Source: Ptychomitrium polyphyllum (taxonomy: Eukaryota). Taken from it: 64,000 nt of DNA. The notes under the pieces are model-generated. The model was not told the origin of the DNA. It searched no databases and was given only the letters and a program-made list of their open reading frames with translations. Position 1 is the first letter of the stretch. Each line of letters opens with the position of its first letter. Shown one piece after another: positions 1 through 13,375 of the stretch. The stretch is taken from NCBI GenBank assembly GCA_973851085.1, contig OZ316775.1:5456001-5520000 (forward strand), read 5' to 3'. Both the position numbers and the translations under genes were made by a program.

Positions 1-50
1 AGGGTTGACGCGCATGACGCTTGCTAAGGAGCATTGCAAAGGTTGCGACA
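1..50 (+). repeat. 3' end of the 5' LTR
   Basis: 43/50 identical to 6619-6668, ends in CA, and is followed directly by the PBS. Confidence 0.9.
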
Positions 51-52
51 TT

Positions 53-64
53 TGGTATCAGAGC
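53..64 (+). promoter_or_regulatory. Primer binding site complementary to initiator tRNA-Met
   Basis: TGGTATCAGAGC, 2 nt after the LTR end; canonical plant Met-i PBS. Confidence 0.92.
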
Positions 65-102
65 AGGCTTTGAATATCCAAGTGCTACGGTGCGAGGAGG
101 CG

Positions 103-3100
103 ATGGGTAAGAAGAAAGCCGGTGATGGCGGTGAGCCCGGGGCCTCTAAGCGACCACGCACGAGGATGAACAAAGACCCCGATACGATTAATGAGGCTCC
201 ATCTTTTGATTTCAATGAGCAAGGGAATGACATTGGAGTCAGCGAGGAAATTGAGGAAACTCAACAAGACGAAGCATTGGAGGGTGGAGAGTACTCAGGA
301 GTTAGGATTCCTGAGCCACCTCAGGGCCTAGAGAGTCAAGACCCCGACTTAAGTTTTCGCATGAAAATGCTCGAGTTCATGGACGGTGTGAACCAAGAAC
401 TCAAGCGTGGCAAAGAAGAAAGGACTCGTCAAGAGAGGTTGATTGAGCACTTGAAGGCACAAGGTTCCAGGCCCTCATCTTCAACCAAGAAGTTGGCCAA
501 GGTAAACATGCCAAGCACTTTTTCTGGGGTAAGTAAAGCTAGGAAGGTGAAGGAGTTTCTTTTGGAAATGGACAACTATTATGATGTTCAAAAGCCGGAG
601 GAGGTGGACAAAGTTTCAATTGCGGTGACCTTTTTGAAAGACCATGCTCTTCAATGGTGGACAAGTAAAAAGGAACAAGAGCCGGAGTTGATGGCGACTT
701 TGTCTTGGGTCGGTTTTAAAGAGATTTTGAGTGAACGCTTCACTCCGGAATACCAAGAGTTGAGGGAGGGCATGAACTTGGTGCAAATGAAGCACACCGG
801 ATTGCTCAAGACTTATGTGCGAGATTTCAACGCCCAAATGAATGCCACACTCAAAATGGATGAGTTTTCAAAGAAATGCATCTTTTTGGGTGGGCTTCAA
901 AAGTGGGTGGTGGACGCCTTGTTCAAGTTCCCAAAGCTTCCGGAGGACGTGGCGGGAATCATCAAGATTGCGGAAAGAATTGAAGCCGACGGACCCAAAA
1001 GAATATCAAATGGTTCTTTTCAACAAAGTGAATTGAGCCGAAATGTATCTTGCGGCGGAGAACGCAAGAAATTTGGCTTTGGAAACAAACACAAGGGACA
1101 AGTAGATGGAAGGGCCTACAACAAAGTGGACCATCATGAGAGAAAACCATTCAAATTGGGAGATAAGGGTGCTGAGGTGAAGCACAAGCGTTGCCACGGA
1201 TGTGGCAAGATTGGTCACTTCATTGCGGAGTGCCCCGATAAAAATGTGAGTACCAAAGCTTGTCACACTTGTGTTGTGGATCACATTTTAGAAGGTGGAT
1301 TTGTGGCCAAGGCTAGTAGCCTTAAGCCAAGGTCGAGTCTCTTATACCTCGAGGCCCAAATAAATGGCAAAAATGTCTCATGTTTGATTGACACAGGGGC
1401 AACGCACTCCTTCATGAGTTCCAAGCTAGCAAGGGAGTTGGGCTTGTCGGCTCAAAAAGCTAGCAAGCCCATCAACAAGCGATTTGCAAAAGGCAAACCG
1501 TACGAGACGAAGAAGGTGGTGTTGGATGTGGCCTTAAGTAGTGGAACATTGGAGTTGAAGGAAAGTTTTACATTATGTGAGATGGATGAGGTAGACCTCA
1601 TTTTAGGTGATACCTTTTTTGAAACTCATGTGGTGGATGTGAAGCGAAAGCCAGCACGGTTAGTAGTGCGCCGTGGTGGGAAAGAGACAATATTGAAGTT
1701 GACTCGGGCTCCTATGGTTGCGGGAGGCAAGTTGAACTTAGTCTCCTTAGAACAATTTGTGAATAATCAATTTGTGGTTGTGATGCGAATAGAGCAAGAA
1801 GAGGCGAATAGGCCAAGTGCCAAGGAGGTTAGGACTATTCCCAAGTGCATTCAAAATGTACTAAGTGGTTACAAGGATGTGCTCACTAATGAGCTGCTCG
1901 CAGAGTTACCGCCAAGAAGAGAAGTGGATCACAAAATTGAAGTGATACCGGGAACGGAGCCTCTTTCAAAGGCTCCATACCGGTTGAAACAAAAAGAGCT
2001 AGAGGAGCTGAAGAAGCAATTGAATGACTTGTTGGAAAGAGGCTATGTTAGGCCAAGTAAGTCGCCATATGGAGCACCGGTCCTCTTCATGGACAAAAAG
2101 GATGGCAAGCTCCGCATGTGTATGGACTATAGAGCCTTGAATAAAGCCACCATCAAGAACAACTATCTTCTGCCTTTGGATCGATGACCTCTTTGATAGA
2201 TTGGCGGGAGCTAGATACTTTAGTCGGATAGACTTGAAGTCGGGCTACTATCAAATCCGCATTGCGGATGAAGATGTGCCAAAGACCGCATGCCGCACTA
2301 GGTATGGGTCCTATGAATTTTTGGTGATGCCATTCGGGTTGTGTAATGCTCCTTCGACGTTCACGACCCTCATGAATACCATCTTTTGAGAAGAGATGGA
2401 TGACTTTGTCATTGTCTACATTGATGACATCTTGGTGTACTCCAAGTCGGCGGAAGAACATGCAAGGCACTTCGAAGTGGTGCTTCAAAAACTTAAGGAC
2501 CACAAGCTTTATGCCAACGGAGAAAAGAGTGAGTTTGCTCAACTTGAAATTGAGTTCTTGGGCCATATAGTGACGGATGATGGAACCAAGCCGGACATAA
2601 GGAAGATAAAGGCAATTAGAGAGTGGAAACAACCTTCTACACAAAAGGGATTGAGATTATTTCTCGGCCTAGCAAATTATTATAGGAGGTTCATACGCAA
2701 CTTTTCCAAAATTGCTAGACCTTTGTCCGACTTGTTGAAGAAAGGAGCTAGCCAAATATGGGACGAATTTTGTCACCAAGCTTTTCAAGAGCTCAAGGAT
2801 AAGTTGTCACAACCGCCGGTATTGAAGTTTCCCGAGTTTGAAAAGCCCTTTGAGGTCCACACGGATGCAAGTGACTTTGCCATTGGCGGAGTGCTCATGC
2901 AAGAAGGCATGCCAATTGCCTATGAGAGCAAGAAGTTGGATGGGTGCCAAAAGAGGTGGCCCACGCACGAAAAAGAACTCTTTGCCGTATTGCATTGTTT
3001 GAAAACATGGCGGCACTACTTGGGCCTATATAAAACCAAATTCTACACGGACAACATGTCCTTGAAGTACTTTGAGTTGCAGGCACAAATGAGTGCAAAA

Positions 3101-4734
3101 CAATTGAGGTGGCACGACACCTTGGCACTTATGAATGTGGATTTGATCCACAAGCCGGGGCGTGACAATGTAGTGCCGGATGCTCTAAGTAGGCGGGAGG
3201 AGTTGCAAGCGATGGGTACAACCCAAGCCCTGCAAGTAATGTACAAGGGAGAAGGCAATTTGAAAAGGAAGATAAGAGAGGGGTACATGAAGGACTCCGA
3301 AGCACAAAGGCTTCTCGGTGAGCTTAAGAAGGGTAAGAAACTTAAGGAAATTAAGTTGGAGAAGAGATTGCCCAAGTACAAACAAAGTCGGGTGTATGTG
3401 CTTCAAGGAAAACTACGGTTGTTGGTTTTGAAAGAAGAACAAATGATAGTCCCATAGCCGGCCATAGAAGGGAAAAAACCACCATAGCGGCGGTATCAAG
3501 AAAATACTATTGGCCGGGCATAAAAGCGGACATCACCGACTTTGTGAAAACTTGTGTGAAGTGCCAACTCAATAGAGCCTCTCACCAAAAGCAAGCCGGT
3601 CTACTACAACCTTTGCCAATTCCGCCGGGTCCATGGCATAGCGTGTCCACGGACTTCATCACAAGTCTTCCGGATTTGCACGAGCATGATGCCATCTTTG
3701 TGATGGTGGATCGCTTTAGCAAGTTGGCGCACATGGTACCCACTAGAGGAACCGTAACTGCACATGAGACCGCAAAGCTATTCCTCGATGCATGGTAGAA
3801 ACATCACGGGTTGCCGAGAGTGATTGTGTCAGACCGAGATCCAAAATTCACTAGTGCTTTTTGGAAATATTTCTTTAGGAAAGTTGGAACCAAATTGACT
3901 TTTAGCACTGCCTTCTATCCTCAAACGGATGGGCAAATGGAACGAGTGAACGGAGTCTTGAACCAATACTTGAGGAACTTTGTGAATGCGGACCAGTGCG
4001 ATTGGGTGGATTATGTGAGCCTAGCAGAGTTCAATTACAATGCGGCCAATCATTCGGTGACAAAGTAGTCACCATTTAAGGTGGCCTATGGAGTGGAGCC
4101 ACTCCAGCCTGCCAACTTAGCTCTCAAAGGAGCACATTCAACACTAGAGTTTAACCAAGATGGTGAAGACTTGGCCAGAACGCGAGAACAAATATTGGAG
4201 AAAACCAAGCTTTTGTTGGAAAAGGCACAAAAGCGGTACGAGAAACAAGTCAATGCCGGAAGACGTGAAGTGGAATATGAAGTAGGCCAAAAGGTATTGT
4301 TGAATGTGAAAAACTTTAGCTTGCCCAAAGGCCTCATTCCAAAGTTCATGCCCAAGTTTGCGGGGCCGTTTTCTATTGTAGAGCGGATGTTTAAAGATGT
4401 ATACAAGTTGGAGCTACCACCCGAAATCAAAGTGCACCCAACATTTCATGTCTCATTCCTTAAGCCATTCAAAAAAGATACCTTGTAGCCCAATCGCAAA
4501 CAAGTGATTCGGCCACCGCCAAAATTGGTAGGTGACCACTTGGAATACAAAGTAGAAGGAATTCTCAAGTGTAGGCACCATAAGAAAGTAGGAAAAGAGT
4601 ATTTGGTGAAGTAGAGAGGGTACCATGAAAAGGAAGCAACTTGGGTAGCAGGTAAGGACTTGGAAAATGCCAATGAAGTGGTGGAACGCTTTGAAAGGGA
4701 TAGGAACTCCAACAAAAGACAACGTCGGCATTGA
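103..4734 (+). pseudogene. Disrupted gag-pol polyprotein with C-terminal chromodomain
   Basis: ORF pieces 34-2187, 2201-2389, 2396-3457, 3544-3798, 3811-4068, 4081-4488, then EYKVEGILKCR...EYLVK*RGY...ATW to the stop at 4732-4734; frameshifts near 2180 and 3440 and several premature stops. Confidence 0.9.
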
Positions 4735-4754
4735 TGAGGACATCAATCTCTTTT

Positions 4755-4770
4755 AGTAGGAGGAGAGAGG
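4755..4770 (+). promoter_or_regulatory. Polypurine tract
   Basis: AGTAGGAGGAGAGAGG just before the TG that starts the 3' LTR. Confidence 0.85.
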
Positions 4771-4772
4771 CT

Positions 4773-6668
4773 TGTAGCAGTAATTTCTTCACATCATGTA
4801 TTGGTTCTTTGACTTATGGCAATAAAGTTCAACTTTTGTATGTGCAAAGAGAAGAGTATAAGATGATGTCCTAGTCTTGTGCTTGTGCTAAGTTGGTAGA
4901 AGAGGGGAATAGACATGTGAAACCAAGTTGGGAAGGCCGAGTAATGGGGACCATGGCTGGGAGGAAGAATGGTTAAAACCATGAAACTTCCTTGTTTTGG
5001 GCTTGTACAGGCAAGGACAGGGTAATGGCGCGTGCTCATAAAAGCGCCACTCCTACAAACTAACAAAAGTTAATGCATGGGAGTCATGAACCCATGTCTC
5101 AATAGAGATAGTGGGATCTAGATTGGACAAAACTTGGCATTACCCCCGTGCAATCAAATCGTGGAATAAAAGCCACCTTGGACTTGCAACCAAGACAACT
5201 TGGTGGAGCATTGAGGTCCAGCCTAGTCAGAAAGGAAGAGTTAGGGCAGTGTAGCCTAATTAGGGAGTGTATCCCAAGACTCTATCAAGGTAGGTAGGTC
5301 TAGAGTAGTTTAGGGCCCCAAAGATTTTTGTCTAGGGTGCCTAAATAGACCACCTCCTAAGCGACATCTTCAAGACTTTGCCAAAGACTTATGAGTGCAT
5401 TGTGGGGGTCGCACCCTAGCTGAAATACAATGCTGCACCACTAGAGGATGGCAACCTTGGATTGGTGTGCCGACGATAAGTATAGTTGATGAGGGCATTG
5501 ACTCCATTAAGGTGGAGGTGAATGTCGCGCACCTCTCCTTGAGGAGTGCCCACAACACTAAAGGCACAAGGGGGATTCCAAAATGACGTTCGGAACTTGT
5601 GGCGCCAATAGTGAGGAGAATCGAGTGGGCCTAGCGTAGGAAGGACCCCCAAGGGGGAGAAACATCCTTGCCCATGTAGACCGAGGGCCACGCGGGATAG
5701 ATGGCGGGCATTGGAAGAATCACAAAGAGTTGATTCTAGAATGCTAAAGATTGCCCAAATCGAACAAGGGAGCTAAAAGTTATGGCATCCCAAGGTTGGG
5801 GTTGCCAAGGGGCTGTTTTGGAGTGTGGCAGCCCTACACAGTGACTGTACTGGAGTGGGACAGTCCAGGGAGGGACACCCCGGGAGCCCCGAACCTTGGG
5901 AGAGGCGTATCTCCCACAATACTAACTCAAATCGGACGTTTGAGGAATCTATTGGCATCTACTCACATAGTAAATGACGATAGAGTGGTCGCTTGATACA
6001 TTTGAGCACCGGATCAAGAAGATATGGCTCCCTAAAGGTCCGCTGGGGGTGCCGGAGACTTCTAGCAGCTAAGTCCTAAGGGAGATCGAGTGGTCTTCCA
6101 AAACTTTAGGTGTGTCGGGGTTCAGCCAGCTCCAGAGGGCCAGGGGGCCTGCCAAATCCCACAAAGAATATTATAAGGGAGGGCTGGTCCCCCTCCTCAC
6201 TCCCCTAGTGTCTCGGTAGAAACCAAAGGTGAGTCTTGGTTGGTGAAATTAGTGTTGGGGCTTCACCACGGGGACTCCCTTACCATTGTGAGCCGGTGGA
6301 CGGCCGGTTTCACGGAGGGAACTAGCACGTTCAAGAGGGTACGCTTGTTACCAGTAAGTTGGGGTGGTGTCTTCACGCCGGCACCATGATGGCAAGGGTT
6401 TATCTTAGGATCACATGGGGATCATGAGTGGTGGTGAGGAGACACCACTAAGTGCGGTTAGGCCGTGTAGAATGGGAGTAACACCAAGTGAGGCCTTGGA
6501 CATGAATGGAAGTCTGCACCTAACCATTGGCTACTAATAAATTGGGTGTCCTAAGAGAAATGGTAGGGGGACTTGAAGAGTGAGAATGGGGGTTAATCAT
6601 GTGTATGTGGGGATGTACAGGGTTGACGCGCGTGACGTCTGTTAAGGTGCATTACAAGGGTTGCGACA
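4773..6668 (+). repeat. 3' LTR (~1.9 kb)
   Basis: Starts TGTAGCA after the PPT and ends TGCGACA; its terminus matches the 5' LTR end at 1-50. Confidence 0.85.
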
Positions 6669-6933
6669 TCCTTGGAAGCTTCTTAGGAAGATTTTATAGA
6701 TTTTTAGAACAGTCTTAAATTTTTCTTTAGAAATATTTTAAAAGATACAAGCGTCATAGTATAAATAAGAGGCTCGATAAGGTATTCCTTAGTCTTGCCA
6801 ACACAAGCTATGGATCATATTGTATATTACTTTGGTCTATTTTTTATATGACTTTTTGTCAATCATTAATTCTTTGGAAGTTAATTCTTGGGAAGCACTT
6901 TGTTTTTGCTTCTTGTTTCTTGTGTCTTTAACA
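6669..6933 (+). repeat. 3' half of an RLG1-like LTR interrupted by the preceding element
   Basis: TATAAATAAGAGGC...AAGGTATTCCTTAGTCTTGCCAACACAAG...TGCTTCTTGTTTCTTGTGTCTTTAACA matches the reverse complement of the LTRs at 14742, 42377 and 48321. Confidence 0.85.
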
Positions 6934-8629
6934 TTATTTATATCCTCAAAGCATGCTTATTTTTAGATATCAACTTAGAGTAGTCTATTGCCTTATATAT
7001 AATTTATATTTTTTATAAAATATATTGTATTAATATAAATGGAAAGAATGATTCATGACATTTTTATTTGGATGAATCCATATCATGATAAACAATACAA
7101 AACATCATTCTATTATATTTCAGTATGTTAGAAGATCTAAACACTATATGGTGAATAAATGCTTATTAGTAAGATACAGGTCATATTGTTAAATAATGGT
7201 ATAAGGATTCAAAAGTTCCCATTTGCATAATAATATATAATATGAAAGAAAATTAAGATAGAGGTTAAAACTTTATAAATATATAAAGTGCATTTGCGTT
7301 ACATGAATTTAAAATATAATTCCATAAATATTAAAAATCTTTAAAAAGAACTAAAATCATTCTTTAAAAGAACTGGTCTAAGTGTAAGTTAATTAATAAA
7401 TATTAATTTTGCAATGATCCAAATTCAATAACGGTCATATATGAAGTTTGTTACTATGTATAAGTAATTGTATATCCATATTAAAATAAATTCTAAGCAT
7501 ACAATCTACTAATTTTGATTATTTTTAAGAAGAATTTGGATGTAAATAGTTCAGATCAGTTACAAATGTTTTATAAAAATCAAATTTTTTTCTTTTAAAA
7601 TAGACAATTGTAAATTAATCCATAAAAAAATTCAAAATGAAACCATATCCTTTTAAAAGTAATATAATCCATTGATAGAAATAAGATTATTTTTTATGTA
7701 ACATGAATGATGATGCTTAAATGATGGATTTTAAAGTCTTATGAAGGAAATGATGACCTTGTATTTAGAATCCATTTTTCTTCAATTTTAGTGACTTAGG
7801 ACTTTTGAAAGAAGTTGATGGTACACATTGTGCATATTTCTTTTATGAATCACTTTAATGTTTTGTATAACATGATAATTTAATAAAATTTCATGTATTA
7901 AGTATCATAATATAATATTTAAATATTCTAAATACCAAAGTGGATGCCTTTTTTGATAGCTTTGTTTTTATTTATATAACATGTGAAATTACAATAACAA
8001 TATATTTTTTTTTTAAACTATACTTTGCTACTACTTTTCTATTGGGTACATAATATTATGTATAATTTTATGAGTAGGCTTAGAAATATAACATGTTTAT
8101 GTTAATATATTGGTATAATAATTTGAATTCTTGATATAGTAAAAGCTAAATTGCTAAATTTATATATGCCACATTGTGCATATGGCCTTCATTACACTTC
8201 AAAGTATTCAAAACCAAATAATATTCAATTAAAATCCATTTACTCATGTTACATGTTGATTTCAAGAAAAACTTGATAATTTTTTTTTTAATTATTACAA
8301 AAATAAGTATATATATGATAAAAAAACATTAGATCAAATACAAATTTTATCTACTAATAGCTATAATGGATCCATATTCTTTTAGGTATTCAATTAAAAA
8401 TATCTAAGAAAATATAGATCTTTTATAATATTCTTTAATTGAATATCTAAAAAAATATAGATCTTTTCTAGTATTCTTTTTATTCATCCATATTTATGTA
8501 ACAATTTTCAAATATGAATTAAGCTTTCAAAATTATAATCTATTATTAAAGTTTGAACTTAAAATAATCATGTCAATTTTAAACATTTTTTATAATTTAA
8601 AAATTCTCAATGTGCTTTTAATCAATTGC

Positions 8630-9017
8630 TATTACGGACAAAAAAACTACAAGATAAGACTTCAAGATTCAAAGATGTGGAATAAGATATATCCAAGATA
8701 TATTAAAGATAAAGAGCTCTAACAAGATATAAAGATAAGGCCAAAAGGTCTGAGCTAGACAACAAGAGATGTGTTGTCAAGATTGAAGATCCTTCAGCAT
8801 TGGCTCCTATATATACTGGAACTACAAGCCTTGCAAGCTTCTTGAGAAGCTTCTACTACATTGTTTTGTATTCAAGCAACCTTGAGTTGCTTCTTTGTAA
8901 GCTTCTTAAATTGAGGTAACTTCCTTGAAAGCTTTCTAAGCCAAGGTAACTTTCTTAGAAGCTTCCTAAATCTTATGAGAACTTTTCTAAATGCTTCTAA
9001 TGTATATGTCCGTAATA
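8630..9017 (-). repeat. Solo LTR of a second Gypsy family
   Basis: Perfect 11-bp terminal inverted repeat TATTACGGACA/TGTCCGTAATA; its reverse complement aligns along the whole LTR at 9234-9646. Confidence 0.8.
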
Positions 9018-9233
9018 TCAGTTTGCCTCCTAACTCCGAGGTCTCCAAGGTGTAAATTGCAACAAGTGCTCACAATTGTAAGAAATCAAAAGTTTGTTGC
9101 ATGGTATCTACAACATATTCCAGTTGTCTATTACAATTCATATGATTCATGGATCCTTGTAACCACTAATAGTGTCTAACGCCTTCTACTTAGAACCAAC
9201 CATGAGCTTTCATACCTTTGTTGTGAAAATATC

Positions 9234-12200
9234 TATCACGGACATATTAAAAGCATCTAGAAAGGTTCTTAGAAGATTTAGGAAGCTTCCAAGGAATTTA
9301 CTTTAAGTTAGGAAACTTCTAAGAAGCTACTATGGATTTGACAAACTTCTAAGGAAGTTGCCATGGCTCAGGAAGCTTCCAAAGAAGCAACTCAAGGTTG
9401 CTTGGATACAAAACAATGTAGTGAAACTTCTCCAAAAACTTCCAAGGCTTATAGATCTAGTATATAAAGGAGTTGAGGCTAAAAAAATTTCAATCTCAAC
9501 AATACATCTCTTGAGGTCTAGCTCAGACTTTTTGGCGTTATCTTTTGTACCTTGTTGTGGCTCTATACTTCTAATATACTTGTACTTATCTTGTTCCACA
9601 TCCTAAAATCTTGAAGCCTTGTCATGTAAAGACTTTGTCCAAAAAGGTTTATCAAGACTGCCATACAACAATATCAAAGCTTGGTCCTTCTTGATAGAAA
9701 GCAAATCACCCCTCTTCTTAAAAGCCTTATAGCTCTCTAGAAGTTGCGGATTACCCTCCTTTGGATTGATATTGCCTCTTGAATTTTTTTTGGTTTCTTG
9801 CATATTTAGCAGTTTTTGTCTATTCCCATTACATTTCTATGCCAGGAAGTGAAGAAGCCAATACAACTAATTCAAAAGAAGTCAAGTTAGATTCTATTAT
9901 CAATGTCCTTGAAGCATTGAAGATCAAGACCGAGACTTTATCCAAATAAAACAAAGAACTGTATTTAACCATACACAATGGTTAAACATCAAAAACACTG
10001 CAATTGCTATGCCAAGTCAACTTAGGTGCTTCATTGTCTAAACTTGCTTTGATAGATTACAAACAAATTTAAGTCGAGAATTCAATGCCAACAACCAAAA
10101 AACCAAGAATCAGCCTTTTGGAGAAGTTTGATGATACGCTTTCAAAATTTTAAGGTTTTGTAAACCAAATTCAACTTGTTACCTTGCTTCAACCTCAACA
10201 ATATCCTACGGCCGCTTTGCGTCTTAGTTTGGTAGAAACGTTGTTTCCAGGATTAGCATTGTCCTAATTTGCACCACTTTTTGAAGAGAATTCTTTCATA
10301 CTTAGCAACTTTAATGCATTTCTAGCTGCGTTTGCAGAAGCATTTGGTGACCATAACAAGCTCTGCTCTACAACTACTAAGATTTGTGCTTTGCGCCAAG
10401 GGCCACGTTGTATGTCAAATTATGCATTGGAATTTTGACAACTCGCATGTGAGATCAATTGGGGAAAAATAACGCTAATGAGTCAATTTCATTGGGGCGT
10501 ACACAATAAGGTTAAGGATTTATTGCTATCCATACTAGACTTCCAAACACTTGATGAGGCCATCAGTCAAGATTTGAAGTGCGATAATTGTCTATTTCAA
10601 CGTCCACAAGATAAACAAACTTTGATTATGCCTTGATCTTATACCAACTTTTTAGTAGCTGTAGTTTTGTCTACCTCTAATAAGTATTTGGGAGCGGAAG
10701 CCATGCAGATTGATGTAGTTTGTTTCAAAGTCCTTATCAAATATGAGAAGAAGCAACAAAGAAAGCAAGGGTTGTGTTTGTATTGTGGAAAATCTAGCCA
10801 CAAGGTTGATAACTGTCCAGAAAAACCTCAATGTATATATCAGATGAGAGGTAAAACCACCATGCCAAATGTTTTGCAGGAAAACAAGGACGTCCAGCCA
10901 TAGTAGGGGTTGTGCGATTGGATTTTCTTTTGTTGCAAGAAAACAAAGGTTGTGTTTTATTAGCCCATTCTTCTTCTTGCTTTACTATACTTGTTTGTTT
11001 AGGTGTTCGGAAATTCAAAAGCCTTGTTCTAATAGATTTAGAAGCCTTTAATTTAGTGCGCATAAAAGAAGGAGACAAATGGAAGACAACATTTTGAACA
11101 AGGTATGGACATTTTGAATACAATGTCATGCCTTTTGGACTTACCAATGCAGTTGCCATTTTTTAACACTGAATGAATGACATATTTTGGAAATGCCTCA
11201 ATGATTTTGTTGTATGCTATCTGATTTATATTTTGATCTACTCAAGAAGTCTAGAGGAACATGAATGACATGTTCACATGGTTTACAAAAGCTACGAGAT
11301 GCCGATTTATATGCCAAGCTACAAAAATATATATTCCACAAACCTCAGGTGGAATTCTTTAGTTATATCATTTCTAACAAAGGACTCTTGCTGGATCCAA
11401 AGAAGGTCAAAGTAGTTAGCAATTAAATGAGGCCAAAATCGATACATCATGTCCAATACTTTCTTAAATTTGCAAACTTCTATAGGATCTTCATGAAGGA
11501 CTATTCTTGTACAGCTACACCACTCAAGCAACTAACATGTAAAGAAAAGTCTGAATGGGGATCCAATGCTGATAATGCATTCCAAAGTTTGAAGTGAGCT
11601 TTTACCCCAGCTCCTATTCAGCTCTATCTGGACTTTTCAAAGCAATTTTACCTTGAAACAAATGCTTCCAACTTTGCACTAGAAACAATTTTGTCACAAA
11701 CAAGAGAAGAAGGAAGATTCCATCCAATTGCATTTCATTCCAAAAAGTTTTCAACTGCAAAAATCAACTATGGATCTATGACAAGGAATTCCTTGCAATT
11801 GTGGATTCCTTCCAAGAATAGCGTCATTTGCTCGAGGATACTACGCATCCAGTAATTGTATATATAGATCATAAGAACTTGGAATATTTTAGATCAGCCC
11901 ATGTTTTGAATCGCCGCCAAGCTCGTTGGAATAAGCCTCTATTTTGATTTGATTTTTGCATTACATATCAATCCGGAAAACAACAAGGATTATCAGATGG
12001 TTTGTCAAGGCAATCATACCTTGCACCAAAGTAGGGAGAGGCAACACACAATCAACAACGGGCAACTTTGTTGAAACCCAAACGATTTTGTATATACACA
12101 ACCACCATTTCAACTTCGGTGGATTCATCATTCCTTGACCAAGTACGTGTAGCATCTACTAAGGACCCTTTTATTCTTGATATCAAGCATCGTTCCAACA

Positions 12201-13345
12201 ACTTCCCTGAAGATGTATCTAAATTCAAATTAGAAGACAACCTTTTCTATTTTGAAGGACGTCTATATATTCTTAAAGGACTAGTTTTCCTTTGTGTACT
12301 TTAAATATATCATGACTTTTGTACGGCTGGACATTTTGGATTCAACAAAACCTTGGAATTCTTCTCTCGAGAATTTTGGTGGCCTCAAATGTGGAAGGCC
12401 ATTAAGGAGTTTGAACTCTTGTGTGATACCTGTTCTAGGCCAAAAAACCCTCGACACCGTCCATATGAACTTCTACAACCACTGCCTATTCCAAGGCAAC
12501 CGTGGTCGTTTGTTTCAATAGATTTCATTACAGATCTTCTACCGTCAAATTCTTTTGATACCATCTTTGTTGTGGTAGACTGGTTGACCAAGATGGCACA
12601 TTTTGTACCTTGCAAGAAAACAATTACGGGTGAAGAGACTGCCACATTCTTCATGGATAAGGTCAACCGCTACCATAGATTACCTGACAATACTATATCA
12701 AATTGTAGACCATAGTTTGTATTAAGATTTTGGAAGTTGCTCTTTGAAATTCTTAAGGTGGACATCAAACTTTCCTCAACCTTCCATTTTAAATCGATGG
12801 CCAAACACAGTAAGTCAACAAGATTTAGGAGCAATATTTGAGGTGTACCATCAACTATTAACAAGATGATTGGACTTCCTACTTGACATTAGTTGAGTTT
12901 GGCCACAACAACACTACTCACGCTTCCGCCCAACAAATGCCATTTTACTCCAATTATGGACATCATCCAAAAATGAATAAGTTAGAGCCTCTATGATTTG
13001 AAAATCTAGCAGCTAAAGAATTTGCAAAAAGAATGGCAGAGCTTCAAACAACCATGAAGACTCAACTAGAAGAAGCTCAAGAATGATACAAAACGGCAGC
13101 AGATGCAACAAGGAAAGAACAACCTTTATTCCAAGTTGGTAAGAAGGTGTGGCTCCTTTGACACAACATAATGACCAGTAGGCCATGTGACAAGCTGGAC
13201 TATCGCAAATTGAGACCATTTGCAATTGAAAAACAAATCAACCATAAGGCATATTGTTTGGAACTACCAACATCAATGAAAGTACATCCTATCTTCCACG
13301 TTTCACTTTTGGAAACTTATAAGGAATCAAGTATTTATGGATGAA
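9234..13345 (+). mobile_element. Degenerate, internally deleted and 3'-truncated Ty3/Gypsy (Tcn1-like) retrotransposon
   Basis: 5' LTR about 9234-9646, gag remnants (EKFD..., CLYCGKSSHKVDNC), RT ([17 protein letters not shown]), RNase H and integrase (SIDFITDL, KMAHFVPC, PFAIEKQIN, HPIFHVSLLE); many stops; no 3' LTR seen. Confidence 0.88.
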
Positions 13346-13375
13346 TACTTTTTGGCCATTGGTCTAAAGATGGAA

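Larger units (their letters stand above)
1..6668 (+). mobile_element. Ty3/Gypsy LTR retrotransposon (chromovirus type, tRNA-Met primed); 5' LTR mostly outside the window
   Basis: Order is LTR end ...GGTTGCGACA (50), PBS, then gag (CCHC knuckle [14 protein letters not shown]), protease ([10 protein letters not shown]), RT (YIDD), RNase H (DASD), integrase (DRD...E core, GPF motif), chromodomain, PPT, and a 3' LTR ending with the same terminus at 6668. Confidence 0.95.

Noticed and set aside
4773..6668. Short ORFs after the integrase as a possible env-like gene
   Set aside because: The region lies between the PPT and the LTR terminus, so it is the 3' LTR; the ORFs are short and motif-free
8369..8475. 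~30-bp inverted plus direct repeat in AT-rich DNA
   Set aside because: Low complexity; a plausible local template-switch scar with no evidence of function
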